Source: Pseudomonadota bacterium (GTDB taxonomy: Bacteria > Myxococcota_A > Polyangia > JAAYKL01). Taken from it: a stretch of DNA of 64,000 bases. Positions 26,297-35,868 of the stretch are shown piece by piece. Position numbers and translations under genes: made by a program. Where the stretch lies: NCBI GenBank assembly GCA_023229365.1, contig JALNZK010000012.1, forward strand, positions 3,472 through 67,471. Direction: 5' to 3'. The first letter of the stretch is position 1. Each line of letters begins with the position of its first letter. The notes under the pieces were generated by a model. That model was not told where the DNA came from, ran no database searches, and worked only from the letters and a program-made list of their open reading frames with translations.

Positions 26297-27680
26297 GCCC
26301 GAGGATCCAGCTCGACCAGTCCTGCTCGATCTCCTCCGCGGAGCCGCCGCCGAGCACGTGCAGAAGCGTCCTGTAGCCCGTCGGATCCTCGCCGCGAGCT
26401 TCGTAGAAGGCGTGGTAGAAATCCACGAGCAGACCGCGCTGTTGGAGGTAGTAGCAGATGTATCGCGCCTCGGCGTAGTTGGTGCCCGGATCCTCGCCGT
26501 AGAACTGCTCGTCCGTCCGCGAGGTCAGCCACTCGAACGTCGGCAGCTCACCGAGCGCGATCGCCGCCTTGAGCGTCGGGAGGCGCCAATTGACGAGCCC
26601 GCGGATGTGGCCGTCGACCGAGGTCGGGTACTCGAACAAAGAGGCGAGCCCTTCGTCGAGCCACGGTGGGCTCGACGGGAAGTTGGCCGCCACGAACGGG
26701 TGCACGATCTCGTGGACCAGGGTGCCGCCGCCGGTCGCGATGTTGATGACGATCGCCCGGTGCTCCCGGGAGTAGAAGCCGTAGGGCGTGCCCGGCGATT
26801 CGCCGAAGACGCGCAGCGTGTGCTCCGTGTAGCTCTGGTTGGCGGAGAAGAGCCAGATGTCGACGATCTCCTTCGGATCGCGGGCGAAGAAGTCCTTCTT
26901 CAGCAGCGCGACGGCCCGCCGGATCGTGCCGTGCGCGTACGCCTCGACCTCCACGGGGTGCGCGTCGCTCACGACGACGAACGGCGGCTCGACCGCTACC
27001 ACGAAGCCCTGCGGCACGATCCGCCGCAGCCGCATCACGTGCTGCGCGAAGTCGGCGGGCGTGTTCGCGTCCGAGGCGTCCCCGTACTCCAGCTCGCGCG
27101 GGTCGAGGCGGAGGCGGACGACGCCCCACTGGTAGCGGCCCTGGATCGACCAGAGATCGAGGAACTCCTCGCGGCTCATCCGGCGGTACGCGCCGTCCTG
27201 GATCGATGGGTCGTGGTACACAACCTCGTCGGACGCCCCCTCGTAGCCGAGCACGAGGTGGAAGTGCTCGGTGGCGTCGGCCGGCGAGGCGCGCATCAGC
27301 ACGATCGACGGCACCCCGCTCGCGAGGTCGGCGTGGAGGGCCGCGAACGCCGCGTCCATCTCGGCGTCCGACCCGATCGGGGTCCAGATCCGGCCCATCT
27401 CGAACCCGATCCGCGCGAGCGCGAACGCCAGCTCGGAGGCGTCCAGGCCGCGTCCTTCGACCGGATCGACGTCCGCGCGATCGAACACGTAGTCTTGGTC
27501 CATGTTCTCGCCGAGCTTCCGCAGGTACATCTCGGCGGCCGCCTCGCCGCAGAAGTCCTCCTTTTCCACGACGTGGGGCACTCCGGGGATGAGGACGCTC
27601 GTGTAGAGGGGAGGGGCGTTCTCGGCTTTCGAGGTGAGCACCGCGGTCAGAATGGCGAGCTGCAACACGCGTTTGAGCAT
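26280..27680 (-). CDS. secreted protein with an N-terminal C39-like (papain-fold) cysteine peptidase domain and a downstream HExxH metallopeptidase-like motif
   Basis: Signal peptide; C39-like CGEAAAEMYL...HFHLVLGY...YHDP; later TLVHEIVHPF. Confidence 0.6.
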   Translation of the reverse strand: MLKRVLQLAILTAVLTSKAENAPPLYTSVLIPGVPHVVEKEDFCGEAAAEMYLRKLGENMDQDYVFDRADVDPVEGRGLDASELAFALARIGFEMGRIWTPIGSDAEMDAAFAALHADLASGVPSIVLMRASPADATEHFHLVLGYEGASDEVVYHDPSIQDGAYRRMSREEFLDLWSIQGRYQWGVVRLRLDPRELEYGDASDANTPADFAQHVMRLRRIVPQGFVVAVEPPFVVVSDAHPVEVEAYAHGTIRRAVALLKKDFFARDPKEIVDIWLFSANQSYTEHTLRVFGESPGTPYGFYSREHRAIVINIATGGGTLVHEIVHPFVAANFPSSPPWLDEGLASLFEYPTSVDGHIRGLVNWRLPTLKAAIALGELPTFEWLTSRTDEQFYGEDPGTNYAEARYICYYLQQRGLLVDFYHAFYEARGEDPTGYRTLLHVLGGGSAEEIEQDWSSWILGLRQAR

Positions 27681-27906
27681 CGCTCGACCTCCGCCGCACG
27701 GGTGTTCCCGTAATGCATAGACATACAGAGGGACGTATAAGTTCCCATCATGATCACGGAATTACGAAAAAAAAATGTAAATGCTTTGTATGTTCGGGGC
27801 GAGGAACGCGCGGCCGGAGCTTGCGCGTCTTTCGGCCGAATGAGATGGTATCGTGCGGCGCCGCAAGGGCGGTGCGTGGCCCCGGGGACGAGGGGAGAAT
27901 CGTGAG

Positions 27907-28899
27907 ATGACCGGACTATTCGCACGCGACGCGCGGGACATCCTCGATCTCGAGGGGCACGCGCTCGTCTCCGCCATGGCCGAGTCGAGTCGCCTGCGGG
28001 AGCGCCGGCACGGCCGCTCGGTCAACCTGTGCTGGATCGCCAACGCGCGCAGCGGCTCCTGCGATCAGGACTGCGCGTTCTGCGCCCAGTCGTCCCGTTC
28101 CGAGGCCCCCATCGAGAAGCACCCGCTCCTCGGCGCGGACGAGATCGTGCGGGCGGCGAGGAAGGCGGCGGACGGCGGCGCGGTGCGGTTCAGCATCGTG
28201 ACTTCCGGGGGCGCCATGCGCCGCGGCAGCATGCTCGACACGGTGCTCGCCGCGATCGCCCGCATCCGCAATGAGACCGGGCTCGACGTGTGCGCCTCGC
28301 TCGGGTGCGTGGAGCGCGGCGTGCTCGACGATCTCAAGCGCGCGGGGCTCACGCGGTACCACCACAACGTCGAGGCGGCCGAGTCGTTCTGGCCGCGCGT
28401 GTGCTCGACGCGGCCGTACGCCGAGCAGCGGCGCGTCGTCGGCGACGCGGCGGCGGCGGGGCTCGAGGTCTGCTGCGGCGGCATCTTCGGGATGGGCGAG
28501 TCGCTCGACCAGCGCATCGAGCTGCTCGAGGAGGTCCGCGCGCTCGAGGTCGACTCGGTCGCGATCAACTTCTTCACGCCGATCTCCGGGACGCCGCTCG
28601 GCGGGATCGCGCCCATCCCGGCGCTCGACTGCCTGCGCGTCGTCATCGCCGCGCGGATGATGATGCCGCGGCGCGACATCCGGGTGTGCGGCGGACGGGA
28701 GCGGAACGTCCGTGACATCCAGGCGCTGCTGCTGCTCGGCGGCGCCTCCGGGATCATGATCGGGGGGTACCTCACGACGACCGGGCGGCCGCCGGAAGAG
28801 GATCTCGCCATGATCCGCGATCTCGGTTTCGTGCCGGACGAGATCCCGGAGGGGCGCGACACGGTCTCGGCGCCCGAACCGGAGAGCCGTCGTGCCTGA
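27907..28899 (+). CDS. bioB: biotin synthase (radical SAM)
   Basis: CDQDCAFCAQSS (CxxxCxxC), YHHNVEAAESFWPRV...T, CCGGIFGMGES, SVAINFF. Confidence 0.85.
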   Translation: MTGLFARDARDILDLEGHALVSAMAESSRLRERRHGRSVNLCWIANARSGSCDQDCAFCAQSSRSEAPIEKHPLLGADEIVRAARKAADGGAVRFSIVTSGGAMRRGSMLDTVLAAIARIRNETGLDVCASLGCVERGVLDDLKRAGLTRYHHNVEAAESFWPRVCSTRPYAEQRRVVGDAAAAGLEVCCGGIFGMGESLDQRIELLEEVRALEVDSVAINFFTPISGTPLGGIAPIPALDCLRVVIAARMMMPRRDIRVCGGRERNVRDIQALLLLGGASGIMIGGYLTTTGRPPEEDLAMIRDLGFVPDEIPEGRDTVSAPEPESRRA

Positions 28900-29638
28900 G
28901 ACGCGCTACAACCGGCAGGTGCTCGTCTCCGGGATCGGGGCCGCCGGGCAGGAGCGGATCCGCAGGACGCGCGTGGCGCTCGTCGGCGTGGGCGCGCTCG
29001 GGTGTGCCATCGCCGATCAGCTCGTCCGCGCCGGGATCGGGTACCTGCGCCTCGTCGATCCGGACACCCCCGAGATCTCGAACCTCCAGCGGCAGGTGCT
29101 CATCGACGAGGACGACGTGCGCGAGCAGCGCCCCAAGGCGCTCGCGGCCGCCGCGAAGCTCAAGCGCGCCAACAGCGCGGTGGCGATCGAGCCGGTGGTC
29201 GGCCGGCTCGACGCGCGGAACGCGAACGAGCTGCTCGGCGGCGTCGACATCGTCCTCGACGGCACGGACAACTTCGAGGCGCGCTACCTCATCGACAGGA
29301 CGTGCGTCGCGGCCCGCCGGCCGTGGGTGTTCGGCGGCGTGCTCGCGTGGAGCGGGATGTCGTTCCCGGTCGTGCCCGGCGGTCCGTGCCTGCGGTGCGC
29401 GCTCGGGCCCGAGCCGCCGAGCGGGCAGGCGCCCACCACGGCGGACGTCGGGATCCTCTGCGCGACCGTCGCCACCGCCGCGTCGATCGAGGTCGCCCGC
29501 GCGCTCAAGATCGCGGTCGGCCGGGCGGTCTCGCCGACGCTCGTCGTCTTCGACCTGCTCGCCGAGACGATGCGGTCGATCGCGGTGGTCAGCGATCCCT
29601 CCTGCCCGGTGTGCGGCGTCCCTGACGACGCGGGGTGA
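28892..29638 (+). CDS. ThiF/MoeB/HesA-family E1-like adenylyltransferase
   Basis: Rossmann ALVGVGALGCAIADQLVRAGIG, NLQRQ, a C-terminal CxxC...CPVC zinc site; GTG start overlapping the bioB stop. Confidence 0.8.
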   Translation: MPETRYNRQVLVSGIGAAGQERIRRTRVALVGVGALGCAIADQLVRAGIGYLRLVDPDTPEISNLQRQVLIDEDDVREQRPKALAAAAKLKRANSAVAIEPVVGRLDARNANELLGGVDIVLDGTDNFEARYLIDRTCVAARRPWVFGGVLAWSGMSFPVVPGGPCLRCALGPEPPSGQAPTTADVGILCATVATAASIEVARALKIAVGRAVSPTLVVFDLLAETMRSIAVVSDPSCPVCGVPDDAG

Positions 29639-29674
29639 GAGGCGCTCGGCGCGAGTGTTTGACCGGCGTCGCCC

Positions 29675-31222
29675 TCACGGCGCGAGGCGGGCGATGAACA
29701 TGTCGCGATCGCCGGCCGAGACGACCGTGTCGTCCGCGGGCTGGCCGAGGTCGAACGCGGCTGCGTCCTCGAACGAGCCGACGAGCACCGGCGAGTCGTC
29801 CGTCAGCGCGGCCAGGGCGCTCGGCCGCTCGGTGCCGATGCCGCCCATGGCGCGCGTCCAAATTACCGCGCCTTCGGCGTCGTACCTCGCCAGCGCGACG
29901 TCGAAGCCGCCAGCGGTGGCCAGAACGCATTCCCCCGACGTCTCGGCGCCGAACGTGATCGTGCCGTCGGACCACCCGAACTGTCCGGCAGCGTAGATCG
30001 GGCCGGCCGCGCCCTCCATCGATGCGAGGGCGTGGCCGCTGCCCTTGCCCGCCTTCACGGCCCAGGCGAGGCTGCCGTCTGGCTCGTACGCCGCCGTGAA
30101 CATCCCGCCGAGGTACCCGGTGAGCGTGGTCTGGTTCGGCTCGCCCTGCCCGAAAGTGACAGCCCAGCTGTAGTCGCCGGCCACGGTCACACCGCCGTCG
30201 CCGAACTCGCCGATCGCGCGTGCGCGACCGCCATCGCCTTGAGGGAGGCCGTTCGCGGTCACCGCCCATGCGAGCGCGCCGTCCGGGTCGAACCGGGCCA
30301 CGACCAGGCCGATGTTGCTCTGGTAGAGCGTGGCCTCGTTCGGCTCGCCGGACCCGAGAACCAGGGTGCCGGAGAAGGCTCCGGCCATCGCGAACGAGCC
30401 GTCCGGATACGCCACCACGTCGTACGGGAACAGGTTGCCGTCGCCGTCCGTGGCCCGGGCGAACACGAGCGACCGCGACGGATCGTACCGCGCGAAGAAG
30501 CCTTGCTGGCACCCCGGCGTGGCGGTCAGCTCCACCTCGCCGGGCTCGCCCTCCCCGAGGAGGATCGAACCGACGAAGATTCCCACGACGATCGCGGAGC
30601 CGTCCTCGAGCGCGGCCGCGGCGTAGCCGGCGGCTCCGGCGCCGCCCGCTTCGGATACCACCTCGATCAGCCCGCCGTCGGCTGCGTACCAAGCGGCGAA
30701 GAAGGCGTACTCCTCGTCGCCCCACGGGAGCGTGGTCTCGTTCGCCTCGCCCTCGCCGAACACCGCGTCGCCCTCGACCTGGCCCGTGACGATCGACGTG
30801 CCGTCCGCGAACGCGTCGGCGCCGAGCACGGTGTCGATCCCGGCGCTGCCTGCTCTCTCGGCCCAGAGCAGCGCGCCGTCCGGGCCGTACGCGGCCACGA
30901 ACACGTCCTTGCCGCCCGCCGCGGCGAGCGCGATCTCTCCGGGCTCGCCCTCGCCGAACACCGCGGTCTGCTCGAACGAGCCGACCGCTATCGACGTGCC
31001 GTCCGCGGCGGTCGCGACGTGGGAGGCGCGATCCTCGCCGGGCCCGCCGGCGCTCCGCACCCACACGGTCGCCGGGATTCCGGTGTCGGTATCCCCGTCG
31101 ACGTCGGTGTCCGCGTCGGAATCCGCGTCGGCGTCCGAGCCGGCCGTCTCGCCGAAGATCAGGCCGGTCTTTCCGCAGCCCGCGAGGAGAAGGGTGGCGG
31201 CGATCGCGGCGGCTCGGGTCAT
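29675..31222 (-). CDS. lipoprotein with a (D-S/T/A)n linker and SBBP-type beta-propeller repeats
   Basis: Lipobox LLAGCG; [19 protein letters not shown]; repeated ...YGPDGALLWA... blades. Confidence 0.7.
   Translation of the reverse strand: MTRAAAIAATLLLAGCGKTGLIFGETAGSDADADSDADTDVDGDTDTGIPATVWVRSAGGPGEDRASHVATAADGTSIAVGSFEQTAVFGEGEPGEIALAAAGGKDVFVAAYGPDGALLWAERAGSAGIDTVLGADAFADGTSIVTGQVEGDAVFGEGEANETTLPWGDEEYAFFAAWYAADGGLIEVVSEAGGAGAAGYAAAALEDGSAIVVGIFVGSILLGEGEPGEVELTATPGCQQGFFARYDPSRSLVFARATDGDGNLFPYDVVAYPDGSFAMAGAFSGTLVLGSGEPNEATLYQSNIGLVVARFDPDGALAWAVTANGLPQGDGGRARAIGEFGDGGVTVAGDYSWAVTFGQGEPNQTTLTGYLGGMFTAAYEPDGSLAWAVKAGKGSGHALASMEGAAGPIYAAGQFGWSDGTITFGAETSGECVLATAGGFDVALARYDAEGAVIWTRAMGGIGTERPSALAALTDDSPVLVGSFEDAAAFDLGQPADDTVVSAGDRDMFIARLAP
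31079..31141 (-). repeat. short GAC-NNN repeat encoding the D-S/A/T linker of the lipoprotein
   Basis: GTCGGTGTCCGCGTCGGAATCCGCGTCGGCGTC periodicity. Confidence 0.6.
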
Positions 31223-31226
31223 GGGA

Positions 31227-32198
31227 TCATCTCTTTCTTTTCGGCTTCACGGGCGCGGGGCTTGCGCCCGGGCCGAGCGCCATCGCCGCGACCGGATCCA
31301 GGGCCGCGCGCTTCGCGAGCACGTAGTACGCGATCGCCGCCGCTATCAACGTGGCGATCCCGATGATCTGCGAGGTGGAGAGCGGGCCGAGCCCGCCGCG
31401 GCCGACGTCGCCGCGCAGGAGCTCCATCGCGGCGCGCGTGGCGCCGTAGTACATCGTGAACACCAGGAAGACCTGCCCGCGGAAGCGCGTGCGCCGCCGG
31501 ACGATCATCGTGATCGCGAACGCGATCCAGCCGTTGAGCACCTCCATGAGCTGCGTCGGGTAGACGAGCGCCGACCAGGCGTCCGACGCGCGCACGAGCC
31601 CGTCGTGCACGTGGTGGAGGAACGCCGGCGCGCCGTCGAGCTGCTTGGCGCTGCCGAACGAGCTCTCGGCGAGGCGCGTCTTCAGATCGGCGAGCTGCAC
31701 GTCCCAGTTCGGGAAGCGCACGCCGAGCGCGCGGACGAAGCCGGGCGCGTCCGCCGGAATCGGCCTGCCGTAGTCGCAGCCGAAGAGGAAGCAGCCGATG
31801 CGCGTGATGCCGAGCCCGGCCGCGAGCGTCGGCACGACGACGTCCGCCCACGGCAGGAGCCGGATTCTCGCCCGCCTCAGGTAGATCCACGAGCCGACAA
31901 AGCCGCCGAGGAAGCCGCCGTACGCGACGATCCCGCCGCCGCGCGGATCGAGGAACGTGCCGAGGCTCGCGCCGTAAAACAGCGACGGGTTGGTGACGAT
32001 GTACAGCAGCCGCGAGCCGAAGAGCGCCGCGATCGCGGTCACGACGAAGCAGCCCATGAGCCGATCCTTGGGCAGCCCGTCCTTGGCGCCGAGGCGCATG
32101 ACGATGTTCCACCCGACGATCAGCGAGAGCGCGAGCATCATCCCGTACGAGAAGATCGGGAGATCGATGCCGGGGATCGTGAACGCGACCGGGTGCAT
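31227..32198 (-). CDS. lgt: prolipoprotein diacylglyceryl transferase
   Basis: Full-length Lgt similarity (GIDLPIFSYGMMLALS...; conserved H/Y/G signature region). Confidence 0.9.
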   Translation of the reverse strand: MHPVAFTIPGIDLPIFSYGMMLALSLIVGWNIVMRLGAKDGLPKDRLMGCFVVTAIAALFGSRLLYIVTNPSLFYGASLGTFLDPRGGGIVAYGGFLGGFVGSWIYLRRARIRLLPWADVVVPTLAAGLGITRIGCFLFGCDYGRPIPADAPGFVRALGVRFPNWDVQLADLKTRLAESSFGSAKQLDGAPAFLHHVHDGLVRASDAWSALVYPTQLMEVLNGWIAFAITMIVRRRTRFRGQVFLVFTMYYGATRAAMELLRGDVGRGGLGPLSTSQIIGIATLIAAAIAYYVLAKRAALDPVAAMALGPGASPAPVKPKRKR

Positions 32199-32296
32199 GG
32201 AGGCAGGTTAGTTTGGAACGGGAAGATTGGAAAGGACGGGATTGAAGAGAGGAGGGGGTCCGACTATAGTGCGCCGAACCGAAGCGGAGGCGTGAG

Positions 32297-33835
32297 ATGA
32301 ACGACGTGACGGGCAAGCGGATCGGGTTCGACAACGAGCGGTACCTCGCCGAGCAGTCGGCCGCGATCCTCGAGCGCGTGGCGCGGTTCGGTGACAAGCT
32401 GTACCTCGAGTTCGGCGGCAAGCTCGTGTTCGACTACCACGCGGCCCGCGTGTTGCCGGGCTACGACCCCAACGTCAAGATCAAGCTGCTGCAGCGGCTC
32501 AAGGACAAGATCGAGATCGTGTTCTGCGTCAGCGCGCAGGACGTGGCCAAGGGCCGCATCCGCGGCGACTTCGGGATGACCTACGACACCGCCACGCTCA
32601 AGACGCTGGACGATCTCAGGGACTACGGCTTGCCGGTCATCGCGGTGTCGCTCAACCGGTTCGCAGAGGAGCCGACCGCGGTGCAGCTCAAGAACAAGAT
32701 CGAGCGCCGCGGGACCAAGGTCTACACGCAGGGCGAGATCCGCGGCTACCCGACCGACGTGGACCGCATCGTGAGCGATCAGGGCTACGGCAAGAACCCC
32801 TACATCGAGACGACCAAGCCGATCGTGGTCATCACCGGCGCCGGACCGGGCAGCGGGAAGATGGCCACGGCGCTGTCGCAGATGTACCACGACCACCGCG
32901 CCGGGAGGCAGGCGGGGTTCGCGAAGTTCGAGACGTTCCCGATCTGGAATCTGCCGATCGACCACCCGGTCAACGCGGCCTACGAGGCGGCGACCGCGGA
33001 CATCGGCGACTTCAACCTCGTCGATCCGTTCCACCTCACCGCCCACGGAACGAACGCGATCAACTACAACCGCGACGTCGAGAACTTCCCGATCCTGCGG
33101 GCAATCATCGAGCGCATTCTCGGGGCCGGCGGCAACATCCCGTGCTACCGCTCCCCGACCGAGATGGGAGTCAACCGCGCGTCGAGCGGGATCGTCGACG
33201 ACGAAGTCGTACGCGAGGCGTCCCGCCAGGAGATCCTCCGGCGCTACTTCCGGTACAGGTGGGAGTACGCGATCGGCGTCGAGCGCCGGGAGACTGTCGA
33301 CCGGATCGAGGCGTTGACCCGGAGGCTCGGGTTGCAGCCGACCGACCGGGCGCCCGTGCGGCACGCGCGCGACGCGGCGAGGGGCGCCGAGGAGTCGGGC
33401 AAGGGCCACGACGGGATGTTCTGCGGCGCCGCGATCGAGCTGAAGGATCGGACGACGATCACGGGGAAGAACTCGCCGCTGCTCCACTCGGCGTCGGCCG
33501 CGGTGCTCAACGCCGTGAAGTCGCTCGCCGGCATCCCGGACAGCATCGACCTCCTGCCCTCGGCGGTGATCCAGAACCTCGCGCGGCTCAAGCGCGACGT
33601 CATGGGCCTCTCGGCCACGAGCCTCGACGTGGAGGAGGTGCTCGTGGCGCTCGCGATCAGCGCGGCGAGCAACCCCGCGGCCGACGCGGGGATGAAGGCG
33701 CTCGCCAGCCTGCGTGGCACCGAGATGCACATGACGCACATCCCGACCCAGGGCGATCTCGTCGGCATCCGGCGGCTCGGGATCAACCTCACCACCGACG
33801 CCGAGCTCACGCCCGGCGGGTACTTCCTGCGTTAG
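32297..33835 (+). CDS. DUF1846 / UPF0371 family protein
   Basis: Family-typical motifs (IGFDNERYLAEQS, KLYLEFGGKL, KFETFPIWNLP, HPVNAAYEAAT, NYNRDVE). Confidence 0.8.
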   Translation: MNDVTGKRIGFDNERYLAEQSAAILERVARFGDKLYLEFGGKLVFDYHAARVLPGYDPNVKIKLLQRLKDKIEIVFCVSAQDVAKGRIRGDFGMTYDTATLKTLDDLRDYGLPVIAVSLNRFAEEPTAVQLKNKIERRGTKVYTQGEIRGYPTDVDRIVSDQGYGKNPYIETTKPIVVITGAGPGSGKMATALSQMYHDHRAGRQAGFAKFETFPIWNLPIDHPVNAAYEAATADIGDFNLVDPFHLTAHGTNAINYNRDVENFPILRAIIERILGAGGNIPCYRSPTEMGVNRASSGIVDDEVVREASRQEILRRYFRYRWEYAIGVERRETVDRIEALTRRLGLQPTDRAPVRHARDAARGAEESGKGHDGMFCGAAIELKDRTTITGKNSPLLHSASAAVLNAVKSLAGIPDSIDLLPSAVIQNLARLKRDVMGLSATSLDVEEVLVALAISAASNPAADAGMKALASLRGTEMHMTHIPTQGDLVGIRRLGINLTTDAELTPGGYFLR

Positions 33836-33838
33836 AGA

Positions 33839-35353
33839 TCACGGCGATCGCCGGCCCGGCAGGCGCATGAGCGCGAGGTGCGCGGCGCGGAGCCACCGCG
33901 GCGTGCGCAGGACCGCCTCACGGATCGCCGGGTGCCATAGCACGCGCTCCTTGAGGAACGCCCGCGCCTCGTCGCGGGGCGAGCGGCCGCCGCAGGTGAA
34001 CGGCCGATAGAGCCGCAGCGCGGCGTCCTCGATCGGGAACTCCCCGAGCGAGATGCCGTGCTCCTCGGCCCGCTCGGTCAGCTCGCAGGAGCTCGGGAGG
34101 TTGAACAGCGACAGGTTGAGGAAGTCGACGTGGCGATGGTTGCGCGCGAGCAGCTCGAGCGTGGCCTCGCGATCCGCGTCGGTCTCGCCCGGCAGGCCGA
34201 ACAGGAGGTATAGGTACGTCCGGATGCCCGCGCCGGCGACCGCGGCGATCACGCGCTCCGCCTCCGCCGGGTCGACGCCCTTGTCGAACCGCCCGAGCAG
34301 CGCGCCGCTCCCGCTCTCCACGCCGAGCTGCAGCATCAGGCAACCGGCGTCCGCTGCGGCGTCTACGAGGGAGCCGCGCAGGAGCTGCCGGGTCGGCCGG
34401 GCGAAGCCGTAGAACGCGGCGCCCGCCGCCTTCGCGAGCGGCAGGAAGCGCCGCAGGGGGCCCGGCGGGATCGCGGAATCGACGAGGTGCACGACGGGTC
34501 GCGCCGCAAAGACCGAGGCCGGGACCGACCCGAAGAACCGCTCGAGCGACGCGGCGGGGACGCCTCGATAGGGCAGCGCGCGATCCGGGCAGAACCGGCA
34601 CCGCCGCCAGTAGCAGCCGCTGCTCAGGGCGAGCGGCACGATCGGCCGCGCCGAGAGGTACGGATCCTTTGCGAGCATCCGCGGCCACGCGAGCGTGTCC
34701 AGGAGCGGGCGGCGCGCGTCCCCGCCGAGCAGCGCGGAGCCGTCCCCGAGATCGACGGGGCCGATCGCGGCCCTGAGCGCGTCGAGCCCTGCGCCCGTCG
34801 CCGCGAGGCTCCGCGGGAGCGAGCCCCCGACCGCGTAGCGCGCGCCGTTGCGATCGAGGAAGCGGACGAGATCGATCGCCGCCGGGAGCTGCGAGAGGTA
34901 CGCGAGCGACACGAGCACGCGGCGCGGCCGCTCCGCCTCGAGCACCGGCCGGAGCGACTCCTCCCACAGCTCCGAGAACGGGCTCGGGTTCTCGGCGAGC
35001 CATCGCGCCACCGCCGCTGGGTCGTGGACGCGGACCGGCGGCTCGAGATCCATGAGCGTCAGCCGCCAGCCCGGGTGCCGCTCGCCGAACGGCCGGAGCC
35101 TTCTGTGGAGCTGCCCGACGGCGGAGCGGTGCCTGTCGGGCTCGTACCCCGATCGCGCGTCGAGGAGGTAGCGCAAGGCGGCCTCGCCGACGCGGCCCTC
35201 TCCCCGCCGCAGCTCGCGCCAGAAGAACGCGAGCGACAGGTCGAGGAGCGCGACGTCCCGCCCGGCGCCGGCGAGCCCTGCGGCGAGCAGGAAGGCGCCT
35301 GCGGCGGGCTCGGCCGGCGAGTGGACCGGGGGCGTGAGCACGAGCTCGTCCAT
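33839..35353 (-). CDS. B12-binding radical SAM protein
   Basis: N-terminal cobalamin-binding-like domain, then CYWRRCRFC (CxxxCxxC) with a glycine-rich SAM motif. Confidence 0.75.
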   Translation of the reverse strand: MDELVLTPPVHSPAEPAAGAFLLAAGLAGAGRDVALLDLSLAFFWRELRRGEGRVGEAALRYLLDARSGYEPDRHRSAVGQLHRRLRPFGERHPGWRLTLMDLEPPVRVHDPAAVARWLAENPSPFSELWEESLRPVLEAERPRRVLVSLAYLSQLPAAIDLVRFLDRNGARYAVGGSLPRSLAATGAGLDALRAAIGPVDLGDGSALLGGDARRPLLDTLAWPRMLAKDPYLSARPIVPLALSSGCYWRRCRFCPDRALPYRGVPAASLERFFGSVPASVFAARPVVHLVDSAIPPGPLRRFLPLAKAAGAAFYGFARPTRQLLRGSLVDAAADAGCLMLQLGVESGSGALLGRFDKGVDPAEAERVIAAVAGAGIRTYLYLLFGLPGETDADREATLELLARNHRHVDFLNLSLFNLPSSCELTERAEEHGISLGEFPIEDAALRLYRPFTCGGRSPRDEARAFLKERVLWHPAIREAVLRTPRWLRAAHLALMRLPGRRSP

Positions 35354-35451
35354 CGGGCCAACCTAGCCGGTCGCGGGCCGGCGCTCAATAAATCGCGTCG
35401 GGGATTCGACCTCGCGCTTGGTTGAGACTACACTTCCGGCAGGAGGCGGAC

Positions 35452-35868
35452 ATGCAGTGGATCTTCTACTGTCCCAAGTGCGGAGCCGCGATCAACCCTG
35501 GCGGGGTCGTGACGCTCATCGCCTCGCGGGGCAGCGTGACCATCCTGCTCGGGTTCAACCCGGAGCCCGGGAACTACGACCTCTTCCTGCCACCGGGCAT
35601 CGCCCTGCCGCCCGGCACGGAGTGGAGCTTCTCTTGTCCGGTGTGCCGGGCCGACCTCGCGAGCGCCGAGCACGACAAGCTGTGCGAGCTCGTGCTGATG
35701 GTGGGGACCGAGCGGCGCCGGCTGCTCTTCTCGCGCATCGCCGGCGAGCAGGCGACCTACGTGCTCCGCGGCGACGCGGCGCTGGTCGAGCGCCACGGCG
35801 AGCACTCGGACAGGTACGACGACACGGTCCGCCTGAAGCGGCAGCGTCCCGAGGAGCTCGGTCAGTAG
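35452..35868 (+). CDS. small protein with two CxxC zinc-ribbon motifs (hypothetical)
   Basis: GGAGG RBS; CPKCG...CPVCR. Confidence 0.5.
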   Translation: MQWIFYCPKCGAAINPGGVVTLIASRGSVTILLGFNPEPGNYDLFLPPGIALPPGTEWSFSCPVCRADLASAEHDKLCELVLMVGTERRRLLFSRIAGEQATYVLRGDAALVERHGEHSDRYDDTVRLKRQRPEELGQ

